From IMG/VR virus record IMGVR_UViG_2799113103_000001, positions 3,854-67,853 of that record: 64,000 nucleotides of DNA. One strand, 5' to 3'. The DNA comes from a virus. A program made the translations under genes and the position numbers. Within the stretch, counting starts at the first letter, position 1; every line of letters starts with the position of its first letter. Below the pieces are notes generated by a model. It made no database searches. It was given only the letters and a program-made list of their open reading frames with translations, and was not told the DNA's origin. Positions 17,424 to 26,976 of this stretch are shown here, piece after piece.

Positions 17424-17617
17424 CGGGATTCCGCCACCTTCGGCTCAACGGGCGCGGATTCCAGTGCTGGAGTGACCGGTACGGCTTGCCCGTCGATGTC
17501 GTAGGGCATTCCGAAGTTGAGCTCTAAGACGCCTTCAATCATCCTGGCACTCTTGAGTTTTGCTGTCACCCAGCGTCCCGTCTCCCGGTCATGGAAACTG
17601 AGGCTTTCGATGCTCAC
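17420..17617 (-). CDS. hypothetical protein 65 aa
   Basis: ORF track; ATGA overlaps on both sides. Confidence 0.35.
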   Translation of the reverse strand: MSIESLSFHDRETGRWVTAKLKSARMIEGVLELNFGMPYDIDGQAVPVTPALESAPVEPKVAESR

Positions 17618-18615
17618 TTCTTGGGGCCTTTCACTGTTTGGCGTTCCTTCGGGGTTTGGTGTGGGATTAGGCCGTTGTTGAGGACACTCTGGATGCTTTC
17701 CGCGACGACGCGGCCCGCGCCGGGCAGATCAACAGCCGGGTCACCCTCTGCCTTCTTGACGAGGGCAGATATCTCATCAAGCCTCGAATACGCCTCGGCT
17801 AGAAGGAATTTCAGCAAGTCTGTCTCCTCTTGTTCTTTGATCAGGTCAATTACTAGTCCTTGGAGCCACTGGTACTCGCGCTCAGGCCAGCGGGCACCGC
17901 ATGTAGTGCAGTCGTATTCGGCGGTGCCGTCCCAGCGGCCAACGGTGTAGGCGCCACATTGCTCGCCTTTGTGATTGACCGCCGGGCACGGCATAGGGTC
18001 TGAGTGCCGGAGCGCGGCCCGGCCAAGTTCCTGGTAGACGAGCCTGGATGCGTGAACGATCTGCGTCGCGATGTCCACGCCGTCGAAGGATTGGAGTTCC
18101 CGTGGTTGCCCATTGCGGGGGTGCCAGCCTTCATCGCCATCAGGTATTCGGCCCCACACAAGCATGTCCTGCTCTTTTTGGGCCAGCAGCACATCGAGAT
18201 TGGGCTCTAGGATTTTCACGGCGTGCACGACGGTCGCCTTGTCGTGGGCGGGGAATCCTCTCCGTCCGTGCCGCTGCCGGCCGTTGATGTTCATCGCGGT
18301 TTCGACCATCTCGGCGGCGCGGTCGGCGAGGTCAACGATGTGGGCCTGGAGGGCTTCGCGGTGCTCGTTGATGACGAGGGCGTGTTCGTGGGTGCCGGAT
18401 ACCTTGGCGCCTCCGGCGATGAAGCGCTCCCCCATCCCGTGGTGGAGCCGTTCCCAGTCGGCGGGCATGCCTTTCACCGCGTAGCGGAGTTTTGTGAGGC
18501 ACCCGTCGCAGACCACGCCGTCTACGATTTGCGCGCCGACATGCTCGTCTTCGAGGAGTTCGCGGCGGGTGCAGCGGGCCTCGAAAGCGCAGCGGTGCGG
18601 GTCGCGTTGTGTCAC
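17614..18615 (-). CDS. hypothetical protein 333 aa (C-terminal CxxC pairs)
   Basis: ORF track. Confidence 0.45.
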   Translation of the reverse strand: MTQRDPHRCAFEARCTRRELLEDEHVGAQIVDGVVCDGCLTKLRYAVKGMPADWERLHHGMGERFIAGGAKVSGTHEHALVINEHREALQAHIVDLADRAAEMVETAMNINGRQRHGRRGFPAHDKATVVHAVKILEPNLDVLLAQKEQDMLVWGRIPDGDEGWHPRNGQPRELQSFDGVDIATQIVHASRLVYQELGRAALRHSDPMPCPAVNHKGEQCGAYTVGRWDGTAEYDCTTCGARWPEREYQWLQGLVIDLIKEQEETDLLKFLLAEAYSRLDEISALVKKAEGDPAVDLPGAGRVVAESIQSVLNNGLIPHQTPKERQTVKGPKK

Positions 18616-18992
18616 TCGGGGTCTCCGTTCGCAAGTTCAAGGAGGACATCGGCATGGCAGGGTTGGTCGAGCGGGCAGTAGCAGCACAGGTCGTGTCCGC
18701 GTAGCAGCGGGACTAGGTCCTGTACGCGCTTCATCGAGCCGAGAAGCCAGCGGCGGTAAAGCCGCACCGCGTAGGCGGCTGCCCATTCACGTGTCCCGGT
18801 GCCCTGGAAAAACGTTCCGGGACCCTCGACGGTCCAGACCCGTTCGCGGCGGCGGCTGAATAGGCCGGGCTCTGTTCCTGCGGGTACGACCTTGAACGGG
18901 TTGCCCCATCGGGACGGCCTGGTGACGATGATGGCGCCTTCTGGTTTGTTCCAGCCCTTGACTCGTTTCCGCTGGATACGTTGTGGGCTCAT
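18612..18992 (-). CDS. DUF4326-like protein (GWNKPEGAIIVTRPSRWGNPF)
   Basis: N-terminal motif typical of the DUF4326 family. Confidence 0.4.
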   Translation of the reverse strand: MSPQRIQRKRVKGWNKPEGAIIVTRPSRWGNPFKVVPAGTEPGLFSRRRERVWTVEGPGTFFQGTGTREWAAAYAVRLYRRWLLGSMKRVQDLVPLLRGHDLCCYCPLDQPCHADVLLELANGDPE

Positions 18993-19213
18993 TTACTCAC
19001 CCCGAGGTAGTCGGCGAGCACCTTGTGCACGAGTGCGAGGGCGCCGTCGCGGTGGTAGTGATCGACCCTCCCGGATGCCGGTTCCGCTCGGTCGCTGCTA
19101 GTCACGGAATATTCGTAGCCTCGGGTGTCCGTGTAATCGCTCCACTCAACGCACTTGATGTCCACGTGACCGACCAGTAGCCCGTTTACCGTTAGATCGA
19201 CTGAAAGGCTCAC
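18989..19213 (-). CDS. hypothetical protein about 74 aa (GTG start, GTGA overlap)
   Basis: overlap geometry. Confidence 0.3.
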   Translation of the reverse strand: MSLSVDLTVNGLLVGHVDIKCVEWSDYTDTRGYEYSVTSSDRAEPASGRVDHYHRDGALALVHKVLADYLGVSK

Positions 19214-19644
19214 GTGGCCTCCTGTTCCCATGAATTGGCACAGGTGATGCAGGTGCGAAGGAGATACCGGCGCACCGGGCATCCGCCCCAGCCGGTGTCG
19301 CAGAATCTTTCGAGTTCGGGCACCTCGATGAGGTGGACTGTTTCCGTCGCGCAGGCGGGGCAGGTGTCAAACGAGTTGAACACCATCGGGATTCGATATG
19401 GATGCGTCTTCCTCATGAACCAACCGCTGTCACCCTCAGGAGAACCAGGGGGCCAAACTCCAACATCGACCCAAGCGGGCCTCTCTGTGGTGATGCCTGG
19501 TAGCTCTATCCGATCTCCGGGGTGGAGGGTGTCAAGCAGGACGAGAGTCGGTAGTTCATCCTTCTGATAGAAGAGGTTGAAGGATATAGGCCACCGTTTC
19601 CCGTTGCGTTCCAGCCAGATTGAATCCGGGGTGTGGGCGATCAT
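19210..19644 (-). CDS. hypothetical Cys-rich protein 144 aa
   Basis: ORF track; CPACA, CDTGWGGCP and CITCAN motifs. Confidence 0.4.
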   Translation of the reverse strand: MIAHTPDSIWLERNGKRWPISFNLFYQKDELPTLVLLDTLHPGDRIELPGITTERPAWVDVGVWPPGSPEGDSGWFMRKTHPYRIPMVFNSFDTCPACATETVHLIEVPELERFCDTGWGGCPVRRYLLRTCITCANSWEQEAT

Positions 19645-20543
19645 TTCTCACCCCACTGCATTTTGCAGTTGGTGCATTCGCGGCCGATGGTGGCGCCTTC
19701 GGGCAGGTCTATGGTGTGGAGGTAGTGGGCATCCACCCAGCCGCAGCGAGGGCAGCTGCAGGTGGCTTTGAACTCACGTACCGGGATGGGGCTGGCGTAG
19801 CCGAGTAGGAACTCGGGTGGTGCTGGTTGCTCAGGTCTGGCCTCGGCACCCTCGATAACGAAACGTGTACCGGTCCAGAGGTATCCGCACCGCTCAGTCT
19901 CGTCGTAGAACAAGGTGTTCTTGTCTTTCAAGGACAGACCAGCAGGAAGCTCACCTACGTGCTGGACGGCTGGTCCCATCTTCAAAGTGGCCGCGATACT
20001 TTGGACTCGGTACAGGCCAGCGAGGATGGCCGCCAGTCCGGGGCGGTCATCCAAGTGCGGGGGTCCTTCCTGCTGTTCCGCGAGCTGCCGTTCCCACGGT
20101 GTCTGGGGGCGAATCGTGTCGGATTTGGCGAGCCCGTTCGGGCCTCGGGCGAGAGCCTCCTGGAGGCTCTTGGCGTACAAATTGGTAACGAGGGCAGGTT
20201 GAATCGTTGACGGATGCCCACGGCACGCTTCTGAACCACACGCACATGCGGGTGCCTGTTCCCAGCACCGGCCATCCCGCGTGATTCCAGCCCTGAGCGG
20301 AGATGTCGAAGCCTGCCCTTGGCCGATCGTGACGGCGCCGTCGATGGTGTGGGCAGCGAGGGAGCCGTTCACGGCGGTGATGGTGATGTTGGTGCCGGAT
20401 ATCTGTGTGGAGTTGTCGCCAGCCACCTGAACCCGGTTCGGACCGGGGTTGTCACGCTTCCGGCTCCAGACGAGGAGCCATGCAACGTTGCACAACACGA
20501 CCAGCGCCAAGGCGGCGAGTGCGACCAATACCATTGCGGTCAC
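19641..20543 (-). CDS. membrane-anchored protein 300 aa (N-terminal TM, C-terminal zinc ribbon CSCPRCG..CTNCK)
   Basis: N-terminal hydrophobic helix MVLVALAALALVVLCNVAWLLVW. Confidence 0.45.
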   Translation of the reverse strand: MTAMVLVALAALALVVLCNVAWLLVWSRKRDNPGPNRVQVAGDNSTQISGTNITITAVNGSLAAHTIDGAVTIGQGQASTSPLRAGITRDGRCWEQAPACACGSEACRGHPSTIQPALVTNLYAKSLQEALARGPNGLAKSDTIRPQTPWERQLAEQQEGPPHLDDRPGLAAILAGLYRVQSIAATLKMGPAVQHVGELPAGLSLKDKNTLFYDETERCGYLWTGTRFVIEGAEARPEQPAPPEFLLGYASPIPVREFKATCSCPRCGWVDAHYLHTIDLPEGATIGRECTNCKMQWGEK

Positions 20544-20773
20544 GTCTTTCTCCTGCTCTCTATCGCCAGGATGTCGTAGACGCAGCCGAGTGCGTCAGGC
20601 TGGGAATCGAACGCGGCCATGGGTTTCAGCTGGCCGGGCCGCCATATCCACCAACGGGGTGTCGGAATGACGCCGGGTAGTGGGGGCAGCTCAGGCCACG
20701 GCGGGCGCTCCCCCTTCAAGGATTTCCGTATCCGCCAGAGCCCCAACTGTTCTGGTGTCCAGTCACGCTCCAT
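20540..20773 (-). CDS. hypothetical protein 77 aa
   Basis: ORF track. Confidence 0.35.
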   Translation of the reverse strand: MERDWTPEQLGLWRIRKSLKGERPPWPELPPLPGVIPTPRWWIWRPGQLKPMAAFDSQPDALGCVYDILAIESRRKT

Positions 20774-21173
20774 CAGGGAACACCTCCTCGTACGGGCGTA
20801 CCGAACGCAAGATGTCCCGGTGGTTCCTTATCGGCGCTTCGCATGTTTCGCAGCGCAGGGATTCATCGCGACCTGTGAGAATCGCGTGGAGGCCGCGTGA
20901 AGCTACGTCCATGCAGATTTTGATGACCATTTGGGTAGCGCATTCATGGCACATGAAGATCACCCAGTTGCCGAACTCGTTGACGCCGTCGCCCTTGCAT
21001 TCATCGGTCGCGTGGGCCTCAATCACGTAGACGGCGGCGTTCGGGCATGGTCCGTCATAGTGTGCGGCGCACTGGCATCCGGTTCGATGGCCTTGGAACT
21101 GCCCGTTCAGTTCTGGCAGCTCTGAGGCAATGAGCGCCTGAATCCGAGCCTCCGACAACCGTTCCACCATCAT
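20763..21173 (-). CDS. Cys-rich zinc-binding protein about 136 aa (start MMVERLSE)
   Basis: multiple CxxC and H motifs; ATGA overlap. Confidence 0.4.
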   Translation of the reverse strand: MMVERLSEARIQALIASELPELNGQFQGHRTGCQCAAHYDGPCPNAAVYVIEAHATDECKGDGVNEFGNWVIFMCHECATQMVIKICMDVASRGLHAILTGRDESLRCETCEAPIRNHRDILRSVRPYEEVFPDGA

Positions 21174-21403
21174 TGAGCCCCGGCGTAGGGCGGGTAGGTC
21201 GTGGGCATCGAGGATAGGACGGTCACGTACTTGCGCAGCCGGTCGGCGATGACCGGTCCGCCGTCCTCGGCGGTCTCCTCGTAGTCGGCTACGTCGGAGA
21301 GCGACAGACGCGCCAGTTGCAGCCCGAGGTCGATCCCTTCCTGGAAGGCGGTTTGTATGGCCTCCGGCGCGGCGCTGGCGCCTTCGTGGGTCGGCTGGGT
21401 CAT
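21170..21403 (-). CDS. hypothetical acidic protein 77 aa
   Basis: ORF track. Confidence 0.35.
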   Translation of the reverse strand: MTQPTHEGASAAPEAIQTAFQEGIDLGLQLARLSLSDVADYEETAEDGGPVIADRLRKYVTVLSSMPTTYPPYAGAQ

Positions 21404-22014
21404 CGGTCGCTCCTGACCGGCTCACCGCATCCGGCGGCCCCGAACTCATCCCACGGGATGAATCGTTCGACCTCGACCTGACCGTCAGTGGAGGCGACGA
21501 TCCTGTCCCGATCGTCGTAGGTTTCCGCTGACCATGTGTCAACCAGTCGGCGGCACCAGAATCCCCAGAGCCGCCTCCGCCGCCCGGTGATGATCAGGGT
21601 CCAGCAGGGGATGCGCCCGGTGTTCCATAGCCGCACGCGCGGTGGCCTCCGACCGCCCGCTTCGAGCTCGCCGACTTCCTGGAGGGTCTTGTCGAGGATG
21701 ACCCGGTGCCGCCACTTGGCCGGGCGGAAGGCGACGGAACCGGCGCGGCGGCGGCGCTCACCGGTGGGTGTCATTTCGGTGTAGCTGCCCCGCAGGACGA
21801 TGGAAACGAACCACCACGGGTGATCGTGTAGGGCGCGGTCTTCGTCGTCGCGTAGGAACTTGTGGAGGTAGACGTTCAGCCAGCGGTTCCTCGGGATCAC
21901 GTACCAGCGCAGCAGGTATGGGGGTTCGCCTTCGGCGCCGATGGGCTGGTGGGGTTCCAGCCGGAGCCACTTCCGCAGCCATCGGTGGTTGTTCGGTCCT
22001 GTGGTGGTGCTCAT
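21400..22014 (-). CDS. hypothetical protein about 204 aa (start MSTTTGPNN)
   Basis: internal ATG; ATGA overlap with 22011. Confidence 0.4.
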   Translation of the reverse strand: MSTTTGPNNHRWLRKWLRLEPHQPIGAEGEPPYLLRWYVIPRNRWLNVYLHKFLRDDEDRALHDHPWWFVSIVLRGSYTEMTPTGERRRRAGSVAFRPAKWRHRVILDKTLQEVGELEAGGRRPPRVRLWNTGRIPCWTLIITGRRRRLWGFWCRRLVDTWSAETYDDRDRIVASTDGQVEVERFIPWDEFGAAGCGEPVRSDR

Positions 22015-22187
22015 CGGTTCTCCTTGGCTGCTGGTTGGTTGGGTCGTTGCTTCTGGTGGAGTGGCATAACGCCGTCGCGGCGGATGCGGTACGAGCGCTG
22101 ACAGGTGGGGCAGTAGGCGCGGCCTTTGCGCGGTCGGGTGAGCGGGACCTTGCCGCTGCCGGCGCAGACCTCGTCGCGGGCGTTCAC
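22011..22187 (-). CDS. small zinc-ribbon protein about 58 aa (GTG start; CAGSG..CPTCQ)
   Basis: GTGA overlap with the DnaJ gene stop. Confidence 0.35.
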   Translation of the reverse strand: MNARDEVCAGSGKVPLTRPRKGRAYCPTCQRSYRIRRDGVMPLHQKQRPNQPAAKENR

Positions 22188-22828
22188 CGCTGGTCCTGGA
22201 GGCGCCCGAAGGCGCGGAGCACGGCAGCGGCGGCCTCGACGGCGTCCCACGCGGAACGGTCCCCGCTGTTGCGGTCCGGGTGGGCTCTAGCTCGTGCGGC
22301 TCGGTAGACCTTGTCGAGCGGCGAATTTTTGTCGCCAGCGGCAAGCCGGAGGTGGAGTTCAGCGTCATCGGCGGATTGGCCTCCGGGGGCTGGAGCTCCT
22401 GCGGAAGGGAGTTGCTTCCACCCGGCGTACTGCTGCCCGGTTTGGGTGACGCCGTAACGGTCCACCTTGCGGAGCGCTTCGAGCGCGAGGGCGATGGCGC
22501 GGAGGTTGTCCTGCCAGTTGGTGAAGGTGTCGCAGGGGAACGACAGTGGCCCTGTGCGGGATTCGACGTTCAGGATGACGCCGGGGTGCTCGGGTTTGGC
22601 TGTGGCGCGGGGCATCCCGTCCATGCGGAAGTCTTGCTCACGCATCGCGATCTGGAGGACGGCTGACGCGTTCTGCCTGCCGCTCCCGAGATACCAGAGT
22701 TCCCGGTCGAGCAGGTTGAGGGTTTCGCTCCACTGCGCGGAGAAGTTCGAGCGGCGGCGTTCCTGGGTGAGCTGGTGCGGCCAGGCGGTGATCGGGCGCA
22801 GGGTCATGTTCGTGGGGTAGCTCGTCAT
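22184..22828 (-). CDS. J-domain (DnaJ-like) protein; C-terminal HPD motif (RARAHPDRN)
   Basis: HPD tripeptide in helical context at the C-terminus; ATGA overlap with the upstream gene. Confidence 0.45.
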   Translation of the reverse strand: MTSYPTNMTLRPITAWPHQLTQERRRSNFSAQWSETLNLLDRELWYLGSGRQNASAVLQIAMREQDFRMDGMPRATAKPEHPGVILNVESRTGPLSFPCDTFTNWQDNLRAIALALEALRKVDRYGVTQTGQQYAGWKQLPSAGAPAPGGQSADDAELHLRLAAGDKNSPLDKVYRAARARAHPDRNSGDRSAWDAVEAAAAVLRAFGRLQDQR

Positions 22829-23763
22829 GCGGACTCCTTGGGTGCTTCGGGGTTGCATTGGCAGCGGCGGAGGCTGTCGTGGTCGTTGTCGATCCAGCCG
22901 CGTCCCCCGCATTCGGTGCAGGCGGCGATGCGGGCGCGGCGTTCGGCTTTCTCACGGGCGGGGCGTTCGGCGTCCCAGGCTTCGCGGCGTTCTCGGTGGC
23001 GCTGGCATGCGCGGCACGGGTCGTCGGTGCCGCCGGGGTGCTTTGGGCAGAATTCGGGGGGCGGCGCGGAGCGCTCCCCAAACCAGGTACCTACGGAAGG
23101 TGAGATAACACCCTGACCCTCACCCTGACCCGACCCTGACGCGAACCCTTCTCCAAAGGGTTTTGGGAAGGGTTCCATTTCCCCAGGTGGCGTGAACCCT
23201 TCCGGTAACCCTTCATCAAAGCCTTCTCCAAAGGGTTCAGGAAAGGGTTCCGATAACCCTTGGGTAAGGGTTCCCAAGTGCGCCAACGCTTCCGCGTGTG
23301 CCCGCTTCAAGTTGTCACGGAGCTTCAACGCCTTCGGGCTTTCGCCCGCGATGGAGGGCAGCGGTACCCGCTCCAGTTCCCCGGCGAGGACATACGCGAG
23401 TTTCGGCGACTCCACATGGGCCGCCGAGCGGAGCGCGGACAGCATCACGTTGGGCTGCTTTCCGACCTCGTCTCGGCGCATGAACGACCGCACCAAGGTC
23501 TCCCCGGTGTCCTCGTCGGTGAACACGTACCGGCTGCGCTCCAGCCGGACCAGGGCCTCCTCGACGGCGGACTCCTGGGGTATGCGCCCGCGCTGGCGAA
23601 GGGCCTTCCGCCAGCGCCGCATGTTGATCGGCTGCACCCCGGCGTAGTTCATGGCCGGTTGTGCGATCAGCACACAGAACAGGAGCTTGTCGAACACCTC
23701 CTGCGCGCAGAAGTCCTCATCGGTCCACATCGAGAACCACATACGCCCGTACTCGCGAGGCAC
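22825..23763 (-). CDS. putative replication initiator-like protein with internal EPF/GEGF peptide repeats and C-terminal Cys4 zinc finger; its gene contains an iteron cluster
   Basis: repeats EPFPEPFGEGFDEGLPEGF..EPFPKPFGEGF; CxxC..CxC at the C-terminus; DNA iterons (see repeat feature). Confidence 0.4.
   Translation of the reverse strand: MPREYGRMWFSMWTDEDFCAQEVFDKLLFCVLIAQPAMNYAGVQPINMRRWRKALRQRGRIPQESAVEEALVRLERSRYVFTDEDTGETLVRSFMRRDEVGKQPNVMLSALRSAAHVESPKLAYVLAGELERVPLPSIAGESPKALKLRDNLKRAHAEALAHLGTLTQGLSEPFPEPFGEGFDEGLPEGFTPPGEMEPFPKPFGEGFASGSGQGEGQGVISPSVGTWFGERSAPPPEFCPKHPGGTDDPCRACQRHRERREAWDAERPAREKAERRARIAACTECGGRGWIDNDHDSLRRCQCNPEAPKESA
23110..23280. repeat. iteron-like cluster: 4 copies of GACCCTG followed by 9 copies of AACCCTT/AAGGGTT in both orientations
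   Basis: direct reading of 23110-23280. Confidence 0.6.
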
Positions 23764-23791
23764 TACCGCTCCCCTTCCGTCTTGTTGTTGT

Positions 23792-24499
23792 TCACCAGCC
23801 GAACTCCGTGGGTACGTACACCTGCGTCTGGGACCGGATGAATCCCGAATCCAACGGGGGCTGGTCTGATTCCGTCACCCGGATGAGGAGCCGCCATCCA
23901 CGCCAATCCGCAGGCGTCGCGGTGTGGACGTTCCACCAACTCCACGAAAGCCACTGCTCCAGCGGAGAATCCAGATACGCGCCTCGCTCGGAATATGGCG
24001 CGCTCTCAACCTTTTGAGACAGTTCGCGATACAGGCCCGAGTCCTCGCCATGTTCCAGGTCAATGACCCACGGTTTGCGCATGAACCTTGTTGGGCAGTG
24101 GTTTCCGACATGGATGGTGTGGAACCGGGGCCGGTACCCCTTCGCCTCTTGGGCGCCCTGAGCGTTCATAGATGGAGGGCCAGCGTTGAACGGTGAACCG
24201 ACCTTCTCCGTCACGGTGTGGAGACGTGGAACGCCATCGGTGTGCCAGCCCGGTATCGCCGGGATGAAACCCGGCAGTAGCAGGGATACCTTCGTGTCCA
24301 CGAACACGTGCTTGTGATCACCGACAATCGGGGCTTGCTCCAGGCAGCGCCGCACCGCAGGGCCGCCGAACAACACCGCGTTCTGGAGGCTCGCGCGCTC
24401 CAGGTTCGGTGTGGCCGGCAGGCACCCCCGCTCCTCCGCGTAGAACTCGATGTGCGAGCCGTGCTTGGGCGGCTCAACGTTGAACGTGTAGGCGGTCAC
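23792..24499 (-). CDS. hypothetical protein about 235 aa (His-rich motifs HKHVFVD, HTIHVGNH)
   Basis: GTG start with GTGA overlap. Confidence 0.35.
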   Translation of the reverse strand: MTAYTFNVEPPKHGSHIEFYAEERGCLPATPNLERASLQNAVLFGGPAVRRCLEQAPIVGDHKHVFVDTKVSLLLPGFIPAIPGWHTDGVPRLHTVTEKVGSPFNAGPPSMNAQGAQEAKGYRPRFHTIHVGNHCPTRFMRKPWVIDLEHGEDSGLYRELSQKVESAPYSERGAYLDSPLEQWLSWSWWNVHTATPADWRGWRLLIRVTESDQPPLDSGFIRSQTQVYVPTEFGW

Positions 24500-24918
24500 C
24501 GGACTACCTGCCACGGCTTGTCGTCGCGGACTTTCCAGCCGAGGCCGGGGAGCTCGGGACCACTTTCGACTTCCACCCGCTTGTCGCTCGGCGGCTGGAC
24601 CACGAGCCATGTCAACCGCTGCTCAGCGTCCGAGTAGTAGCGGCGGGCGAGCCGCCCATCCCCATGGGTAGCGACGGTGCCCTCGGCGTGCCCGAGGCGC
24701 GTGGAATTGATCCGCTGTAGGAGCGAGATCGCAAGAGCTTGAGCCGCTTTCGTATCGATCTTCTTGGTCTGGCCAGCGCCGTAGTCCGGCTTGAAGTTGA
24801 CCGCCAGCCATGAGTCGTCCACCGTCTCGCGCAGCAGCCGAACCAAGTTGGCTAGCTCTCCCTCGGATACGGTCACGCGGCCATCCAGTCTTACCGGCAT
24901 TGGAGGGGTGTCGGTCAT
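24496..24918 (-). CDS. hypothetical protein 140 aa
   Basis: ORF track. Confidence 0.4.
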   Translation of the reverse strand: MTDTPPMPVRLDGRVTVSEGELANLVRLLRETVDDSWLAVNFKPDYGAGQTKKIDTKAAQALAISLLQRINSTRLGHAEGTVATHGDGRLARRYYSDAEQRLTWLVVQPPSDKRVEVESGPELPGLGWKVRDDKPWQVVR

Positions 24919-25400
24919 GGTGTATTCCCCGCTCTCTTGATGCTCGCTACGCCCGCCGCCCGGTACGCGAGGGCCTGTATTACGTGCTGTGGCAACTGCT
25001 CAGGTGTCTTGTTGATCGAGACTTTGCGGCGCACCTCGACGCGACCATGCGGATACAAAGGGGTCGGGTCGTGGATCCACCACAGCCCGCACCCGTAGAC
25101 AGGCGGATGCTCTATGAGCCCAGCCGGTACCGCATACACAAATCTGTGGCACACCCGGCGCCACGGTTGGACCTTTTCCCAGGTCTCCTTTGCGGCATCG
25201 GCTTTGGAGACTTTGATCTCAATCGCGGTGCGTTCCAAGCTGTCGAACATCAGCGCGTCTATCCGGCGTGTGTAGGGCTGCCCATGCCCATCGGGCAGCT
25301 CAGCCCAGATTGGGTGGTCATCGTGTATCACCACTTCGGGTACTAGCGCAGCGTCCCGGTGGTGTTTACGCAGCGCGGCAAGCACATCGGCGGCGTTCAC
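24915..25400 (-). CDS. PD-(D/E)xK-like nuclease-fold protein (IDALMFD..EIKVSKAD)
   Basis: D..E-x-K motif context. Confidence 0.35.
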   Translation of the reverse strand: MNAADVLAALRKHHRDAALVPEVVIHDDHPIWAELPDGHGQPYTRRIDALMFDSLERTAIEIKVSKADAAKETWEKVQPWRRVCHRFVYAVPAGLIEHPPVYGCGLWWIHDPTPLYPHGRVEVRRKVSINKTPEQLPQHVIQALAYRAAGVASIKRAGNTP

Positions 25401-26038
25401 GACGCATCACCCCGTTCAAGGAACTCGATGCCTTCTGCGAGGGTGTCGATACCGACTGGCGCTAGGTTCCAGGCATCCACTCCGACATGGAGCTGACGCT
25501 GGTGTACGTACGGCAGATAGCTTGCGGTGCTGTGGGTATGGCCGTGGAGAAGCCATGCGCCTTCATCGCGGAGCCGGTACTGGTTGTACCGCTCAGCGGT
25601 GGTGTGGTCGCCCAGGTAAGGCAGATGCGACATGAGAACGGTTCGGCCGCCGATACGGCGCCGCGCGAACGGCTGCACCGACTGAAACACCTGGAGGTAG
25701 TCGCGTTGCCACTTGTGGGCGTCGCGGTACATCGGGTGGCACCGGTCATGGTTACCCGGAACCAGGTGCTTCTCGCCCGGCCTCTGGTACAGCCACGCAA
25801 GAGACTTCATCTGGGCGGTGTTGGTTCCAGAGCTGTTGTCCCCCAGATCCCATACCTGGTCTCCGGGGTGAACGATGGCATCCCACTTCTCCGCCAAGGT
25901 CTGGTCATGCCACTCGATAGCCGCGAGTTGCCGATCCACAGGGTTGGCCGGCAGGGCGATACCGGCGCGCTCTGCCCGGATCACAGCGACGAGCGCGTGC
26001 CCGATATGTAGGTCGGAGACGAACCAGACAGTCGTCAT
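25397..26038 (-). CDS. calcineurin-like metallophosphoesterase (DLHIGH, GDNSSGTN, GNHD, HGHTH motifs)
   Basis: canonical phosphoesterase motifs. Confidence 0.6.
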   Translation of the reverse strand: MTTVWFVSDLHIGHALVAVIRAERAGIALPANPVDRQLAAIEWHDQTLAEKWDAIVHPGDQVWDLGDNSSGTNTAQMKSLAWLYQRPGEKHLVPGNHDRCHPMYRDAHKWQRDYLQVFQSVQPFARRRIGGRTVLMSHLPYLGDHTTAERYNQYRLRDEGAWLLHGHTHSTASYLPYVHQRQLHVGVDAWNLAPVGIDTLAEGIEFLERGDAS

Positions 26039-26976
26039 CACGCAACCGCCCCTGGGTATTGGTCCCATGTGCGCCCATCCAGCTCCCGCCCGGCGCGCCT
26101 CTTGCCGACGCGCATGACGAACGCATGGGGATCACTGAGATTGGCCCAATCCCGGTACTGATGTCCTGTGTTCGGTGTCCACTCGCCCCACTGTTTGAAC
26201 AGGAACGGCACGCCAGCGGCTACGCACTGATCGCGTAGCGAGCGAGCCCATTCGGGATGCATCGGCCTTGCGCCAGGACCGGATTCGCCGCCAACTATCA
26301 CCCAGCTGAGAGGTGGCACGTCGTACTTGGCGTCATCGTGCTCAGCGAACCGCGCGATGTCCAGCGGCCCGAGGAGCGGCTCGGCGCTGACGAACCGCAC
26401 GGCTGCCGAGGTATCCAGCAGGGCCGGAATGCGTAGGTCGGCGCGCTTCTGATCCTCGGCGCTCACGCCCAACCAGACGTTGGGTAGCACCTTGAACCGC
26501 CCCCGAGAGAAGCCGTCGAGTGCCGCCATGATCGCCACATCGTTGATGTGGAGCGGGTTACCGTGTTCCAGCAGTGCGTTGATGGCCATGTACACGAGGC
26601 CCGGGAACCTCTCAGATCCGAGGAGCGCGTGCATGCGGCCGTGGCGTTTGGTTAGCAGCTGGAAAGTGTGTCGTGGCGCGAGGGCCATGACGGCGAACAC
26701 GCGGGCTATGTACTCGTCAGGCACCTTGTCGTGGAACAGGTCTGACATCGAGTTGACGAACACCTTGCGCGGTTTGGTCCAGCGCAGGGGCAAGTCGAGC
26801 TTGTCCGGTCGCAGCTGCACATCGAACCCGCTCTCGAAGTAGTGCCCCGGCGTGCCGCGCCAACGCTCGGCAAACGTCTCGGCGTAGCAGTGATCGCAGC
26901 CGGGAGAAACCTTGTCGCAGCCGGTTACGGGATTCCATGTGGCATCGGTCCATTCGATGCCGGTCCTGTCACCCAT
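26038..26976 (-). CDS. phage Gp37/Gp68-family (DUF5131-like) protein, Cys-rich N-terminus (TGCDKVSPGCDHCYA)
   Basis: N-terminal WTDATWNPVTGC...CDHCY signature. Confidence 0.5.
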   Translation of the reverse strand: MGDRTGIEWTDATWNPVTGCDKVSPGCDHCYAETFAERWRGTPGHYFESGFDVQLRPDKLDLPLRWTKPRKVFVNSMSDLFHDKVPDEYIARVFAVMALAPRHTFQLLTKRHGRMHALLGSERFPGLVYMAINALLEHGNPLHINDVAIMAALDGFSRGRFKVLPNVWLGVSAEDQKRADLRIPALLDTSAAVRFVSAEPLLGPLDIARFAEHDDAKYDVPPLSWVIVGGESGPGARPMHPEWARSLRDQCVAAGVPFLFKQWGEWTPNTGHQYRDWANLSDPHAFVMRVGKRRAGRELDGRTWDQYPGAVA

